From contig NC_045697.1 in assembly GCF_009834535.1 (NCBI RefSeq), positions 10,914,001 through 10,978,000 on the forward strand: 64,000 nucleotides of DNA. Reading direction: 5' to 3'. The DNA comes from Camelus ferus (Eukaryota). The position numbers were made by a program, and so were the translations under genes. Below are positions 59,850-64,000 of this stretch, piece after piece. The first letter of the stretch is position 1; every line of letters begins with the position of its first letter. The notes beneath the pieces were generated by a model. The model saw only the letters and a list, made by a program, of their open reading frames with translations. It was not told the origin of the DNA and searched no databases.

Positions 59850-60677
59850 TTTACTGTTTAAACAAAAGTAGTAACAAAGTAATGTGTGATTCGTAACATT
59901 ATGTAAAAGTAACACGTCTTAAAATAATGGCACCAAGGTAGAAGGGGAAACATAGCAGTGTATGACTGAGAATTTCTTATACAACACATGAAATTGTAAA
60001 ATATCACTTGAGGGTAGACTGTGATAAGTTAAAGATATAAACCCTAAAGCAACCACTGTATTAACATAACAAAGAGGATTAATTTCTAAGCCAAAGAGGA
60101 GATACAATGGAATAGTAAAAATTCTTACTCCTAAAATGGATAAAAAGAAAGAGGAAAAATAGAGCAGACAAATAGAAAGAGAGGCACAGAGAAAACAGAA
60201 CGGTCATAAATTTAGAACTGATCATATTAAGAATCATTTTAGCAGAGATGGTCAGATTGGATAAAAAAGTAAGAGCCATCAATATTCTTAGTACAATAAG
60301 CCCATTTAAATATAAAGCACAAATAGTTTGAAAGAAAAAAATGGGCAAATATCTAGAAAGGTAACATTATACAAGAGAAAGCTGCAATGTCTGTATCAAC
60401 ATCAGACGAAGCAGATTTTGGAGCAAAGAATATTCCTAGGGTTGAAGAAGCCATATGATAATGGTTAAGGCATAAATTCATCAGGAGAACATGACAATTT
60501 GAAATTTTTATGTCACTGATAACAAAACATCCAAATACACAAAGCATCAATGGATAGAGCTGCCAAAGATGAAGACAAGCAACAGTTACGGCTGGAGATT
60601 TAAACACTTCTCATTCAATGATTGATAGAACAAGCAGACAGAAAATCAATAAGGATATTGAAGATCTGAAGAACACA
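59850..60677 (+). pseudogene. Decayed L1 ORF1-ORF2 junction with endonuclease remnant
   Basis: ORF track 60618 begins IDRTSRQKINKDIEDLKNT (L1 EN motif DRSxRQKINKD); upstream gctggagattttaaacac = GDFN motif; many stops and frameshifts. Confidence 0.85.
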
Positions 60678-62269
60678 CAGAGGTGGCAGAGGCAGGATTC
60701 AGCTCCAGAGCCCTTTCCCTTAGTCTACACCACGCTAGTCCATGATGTGGTGGCCATCAGGCTATTTCACTGTGTCACTGGTGGACTGGTTCCGTGGACC
60801 CATTCAGAATAGACACATGGATTCACCAAGCATTGAGAACAGTCTTGCCTGATTTTCAGAGATCATTCTTTCTTTCTTAGTAAGAAGGCTTGAGGGAGAG
60901 GCCTTTTATGCAGGAGCTTGAAGATCAGGTAAGATTTCCGATCTTACAGGAAAGTACTCCTGCAACAGGCACTGAAGTCAGTGTTCCCTAGGCTTGGTCA
61001 GACTCTGGATAAATTGTTCTCTTGGGTGAAACACCCTGATATCTAAAGAGTACCTGAGAAAGATTCACAAAGCAGGTTGGGCTGGTTTAAATGTGACCTA
61101 AGTAGCAATCTTCTTCCACCTTGCCTGCAGGTCAACATGCTTGGTGGAAGCCCTTCTGTTTCTGGTCCAACCTTTTGCTTCACTTTTTTGTGCTGTCAAG
61201 AATTTTCACCCTTAGATTTAAAAATGCAAATATCTCTCAGGTTGATATATTTGGGCTTCTGCCCACTTGACCTAATATAATGAATACTGCACTAGAAGTT
61301 CAAGTCTGCTGCTCGTTAATCGGTCCTTTTACTACCCCAGACCTCTGCTTCATTCCTTCTCACTTGGGTCCAAATGGTGGTTGTGAAAATTGAATGAGAT
61401 GATGTGTTTTCTACTCAGCATCCACTCACCTGGCCCTTGCCAGGGTTAGCTTCCTACCTTCTTAATGAACAAAAGGAAAAATAGAATGAGACCCAAGACC
61501 AGGACAGACAGGAGAGAGAAGGAGCTGACAGTTGATGTGAAAGCCAATTTTCTTTATCTGGATGGTTTTTGGGAGGAAGAGTTCTGCACAGAGATCTATC
61601 AACTTAAAGTATACAGATTGTAAATGGCTTTGTCTCTCATTTTCTTTTCTCCTGCCCAAAGCTACCCCCATCAATAGAATCAGCCGAGAGAAGTTGTTTT
61701 AAGATGCAGCTACAAAGGCTGCCCTCAGTGACAATTTTCCAAAATAGTGCAGAATTCAGTCTAACTTTATTCTGGGTATTGGATGTTGGAGCAGAAAATT
61801 AGCGAAGTGGAACTTGGAAAATGTATCTCATCTCTGATAGCAGCTGAAGAGTTAATTCACTAAGTAAAGATTTAAAAATAACACTTGAGTTACTTCAGAG
61901 CCATTTTCCTAAAGAGGCTGGTGGAGCTACTGAAATAACCATTTTTAAAAGCTTTTCCAGTCCTTCAACCCCCCCAGAGATCATTTAAGGAGAAGAATAA
62001 AACTTTATGTGATGAAATGAGAATTGAGGAAAAGATGATAAGAAGAGTTAAATGACTGCTTCAAATCGAGTGTTTGCTAAATGTCTTCTAAATGTGTTGA
62101 CAAAAGAGACGCCAGAAGACTGACTCCACAGAGCCATTCAGGAGCAGGGCTCCCGACGAGATCAGATTCCTGCAAAGTTTTGGAAACTGTGTTTTTAAAT
62201 TAAAGGAGTGCAAGGGAAATCACTCTGCAGAGGAGCTGTTGCTGGTCATTTGATGACATGATAGTGACT

Positions 62270-62420
62270 CGTTCTTACCCTCTGGGTCCTGGTCTCTACA
62301 AGGGGAGCAGTAATAGTATTCATCTCAAAGGGTGATTATAAAGATTAAATGTGAAAATTGATTCACATGTCTTAGAACAGTGCCTGGTATACAGTAACTG
62401 CTCAATAAACTAGCTATTCT
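62270..62420 (+). mobile_element. MIR SINE 3' half
   Basis: taatagtattcatctcaaaggg...aagattaaatg...cttagaacagtgcctggtatacagtaa.tgctcaataaa. Confidence 0.8.
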
Positions 62421-62492
62421 TAATTTATTAATGGCTTTTTCCCATTAAACCTGCTGCACCCACCATGTGCTGGACACAGTGGTAAGGTATAA

Positions 62493-62930
62493 TGTTTATC
62501 AGTTAGGCTCATAGCTGCAAAAAACAAAAACAAATAACAAACAAAAAAACCCAACTGAGAATCTATTCTAGCTAATTGAGGCAGAAAAGAAATTTGTCAA
62601 AGGATATTTGATAACTCCTAGAATCTTTTGGGAGGGCCAGCTATTGGCCAACATTGGCAGCCACAGCGCTTATTTTTTCCATAGGACTTCTCCAGCAGAC
62701 CCTCTGCTGTGCTCATGTCAACTGGGAGAAGCTTCTTAGACTGCAACCAGTGCTGAAAGCCAAATGTCCATCTTGCTGAAATGCCTTCCACATGGCCCCA
62801 CCTTCCTCAGAATACTGCATCTGAACTGAGATCTCCAGTGATTTCTGATTGGAGGAGACTTGGTCACATGCTTAGCTGCCCTTGCTGCAAGGGAATCTGG
62901 TAATATGAGTTTCTGTATTTTAACTTCTTC
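62493..62930 (-). mobile_element. Old MLT1 (N/O-like) LTR
   Basis: atcagttagg...ttctagctaattgaggcagaaaagaaattt...tctgattggaggagacttggtcacatgc...ttgctgcaagggaatctgg. Confidence 0.55.
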
Positions 62931-63029
62931 AAAAAGCTGTGACAAACATCCATTAGATCTAGTCTCTGACTTCCAAGAGCTCAGTCTTGTGTCTATGTCA
63001 GAGATATAAATACATTATTACAACATCAG

Positions 63030-63462
63030 GAGCACGGAAGGTTGTATTATTATCAAAAAATACTCCCTCACTCCCCAAGGTGATTAGTCTGCTTGATGTT
63101 AGACCTAGTCATTTGGGCTTACTTTTGTCTACGGAATTGTGGGAGGGAGTGATGGTTTGCCATATCTAAGCAGAGGTTTTAAGAAGTATTGTAAATTTTC
63201 TCTAACTTTTCTTTTGTGTTCTATTCCTTTACTGTGAGCACTTAATGGTCCTGATTGGGGTTAGCTCCTCAGCCTGGGTACTTAAATGAGAAAATACAAG
63301 GATCAGATCCGGACTCGATCACAACCTGGCAGAGCCACAGCATTTGACCCACTGCTGCAAAAATGCAACATGAGCAAGAAATAAATTTCTGTGTTTGCAA
63401 GCCTTTGAGATTTGGAGATTATTTGTTATGTAGCATTATTGTAGACAAAGCTGACTGATACA
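63030..63462 (+). mobile_element. MLT1I/H-like LTR
   Basis: ctaagcagaggttttaaga...ctcctcagcctgggt...catgagcaagaaataaa...tgcaagcc.ttgagatttgg...tttgttatgtagcattat...aaagctgactgataCA. Confidence 0.8.
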
Positions 63463-63714
63463 AGGAGATAAAGGAAGATAGAGGTACATACTAAGTGCTA
63501 GAGGAAACCCACAGTGGGGAATAAAAAACTGGAGACTCTAGGGAAAGCATAACAAAGGAGATGAAATTTGTGAAGAGTTTTGGAGGTATTTTGGATTTCT
63601 CCAGAAGAAAAGCTTAGGGAAGTTTATTTTTGGGTGAAATATCTATCTATTGGCAAAGATACAGAGAAGTGAAGTGATCAAGGCTATTTGGGGAAGTTGA
63701 ATGGGTTCACTCCA

Positions 63715-64000
63715 ACATTTCCCAAATTGCAGTAATTTAAGTATCACCCACTATAGCTAGTGGCAACTGCTAGCACAATTTTATTTAGCATTTTTGTTTA
63801 AATCAATTTACTTTCTTTCTTTGCTACCTCCCTTAGTATCATTAAAAATAAAAATATGTATAAAATCTTAAGTTTGATTTACTAGTCATTTCTTCTAATT
63901 CATAGTAAAATAAATGCTTAACTATTAAAAGTTAAAAATATAGTTTTCCATATACTACCATTGATGTGTGCTGTGTACTGTATCTGACACTGCTAGTATC
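63715..64000. mobile_element. Probable old hAT-Charlie fragment, running off the window
   Basis: tttcccaaa..gcagtaattt start followed by AT-rich internal sequence; family not resolved. Confidence 0.35.

Noticed and set aside
60618..60812. ORF with an L1 endonuclease motif as an active L1 gene
   Set aside because: Only the first ~20 aa are L1-derived; the element is truncated and full of stops
1..64000. CRISPR array, prokaryotic operon/defence system, NUMT, ERV internal genes or processed pseudogene
   Set aside because: The sequence is mammalian repeat-rich DNA; I saw no repeat-spacer array, mitochondrial gene, gag/pol/env or recognisable retrocopy

Overview
Mammalian, repeat-rich, apparently non-coding genomic DNA, either intergenic or inside a long intron. 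I found no credible protein-coding gene, rRNA, true tRNA or CRISPR array. The short ORFs in the track are chance ORFs or fall in repeats, and one is a decayed L1 ORF2 remnant. Two tRNA-Ala-derived SINEs (GGGGAGGGTATAGCTCAAGTGGTAGAG head) and short cetartiodactyl-type L1 3' ends, with no Alu, B1, BovB/Bov-tA or PRE1 seen, point to a camelid genome (inference). The window holds many old eutherian repeats (MIR, L2, CR1/L3, MLT1, LTR16/33, MER68, MER3/5/20/33/58/63/96B, old L1M). The most notable observations are: (1) a full-length MER41-like solo LTR with exact 4-bp TSD and a STAT-type palindrome; (2) a candidate recursive splice site (AG|GTAAG after a ~100-nt AG-free zone) plus two well-formed + strand exon candidates; (3) three repeat-free, motif-dense enhancer candidates (PBX-MEIS/FOX/TEAD, homeodomain-rich, TCF/SOX); (4) a SINE with a duplicated 5' head; (5) an old LTR with anomalously many CpGs. 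Repeat family names come from remembered consensus sequences, not a search. Most boundaries are approximate (about +/-20 bp) unless a TSD is given. I cannot support a claim of a novel biological system; the best leads are regulatory and splicing elements.
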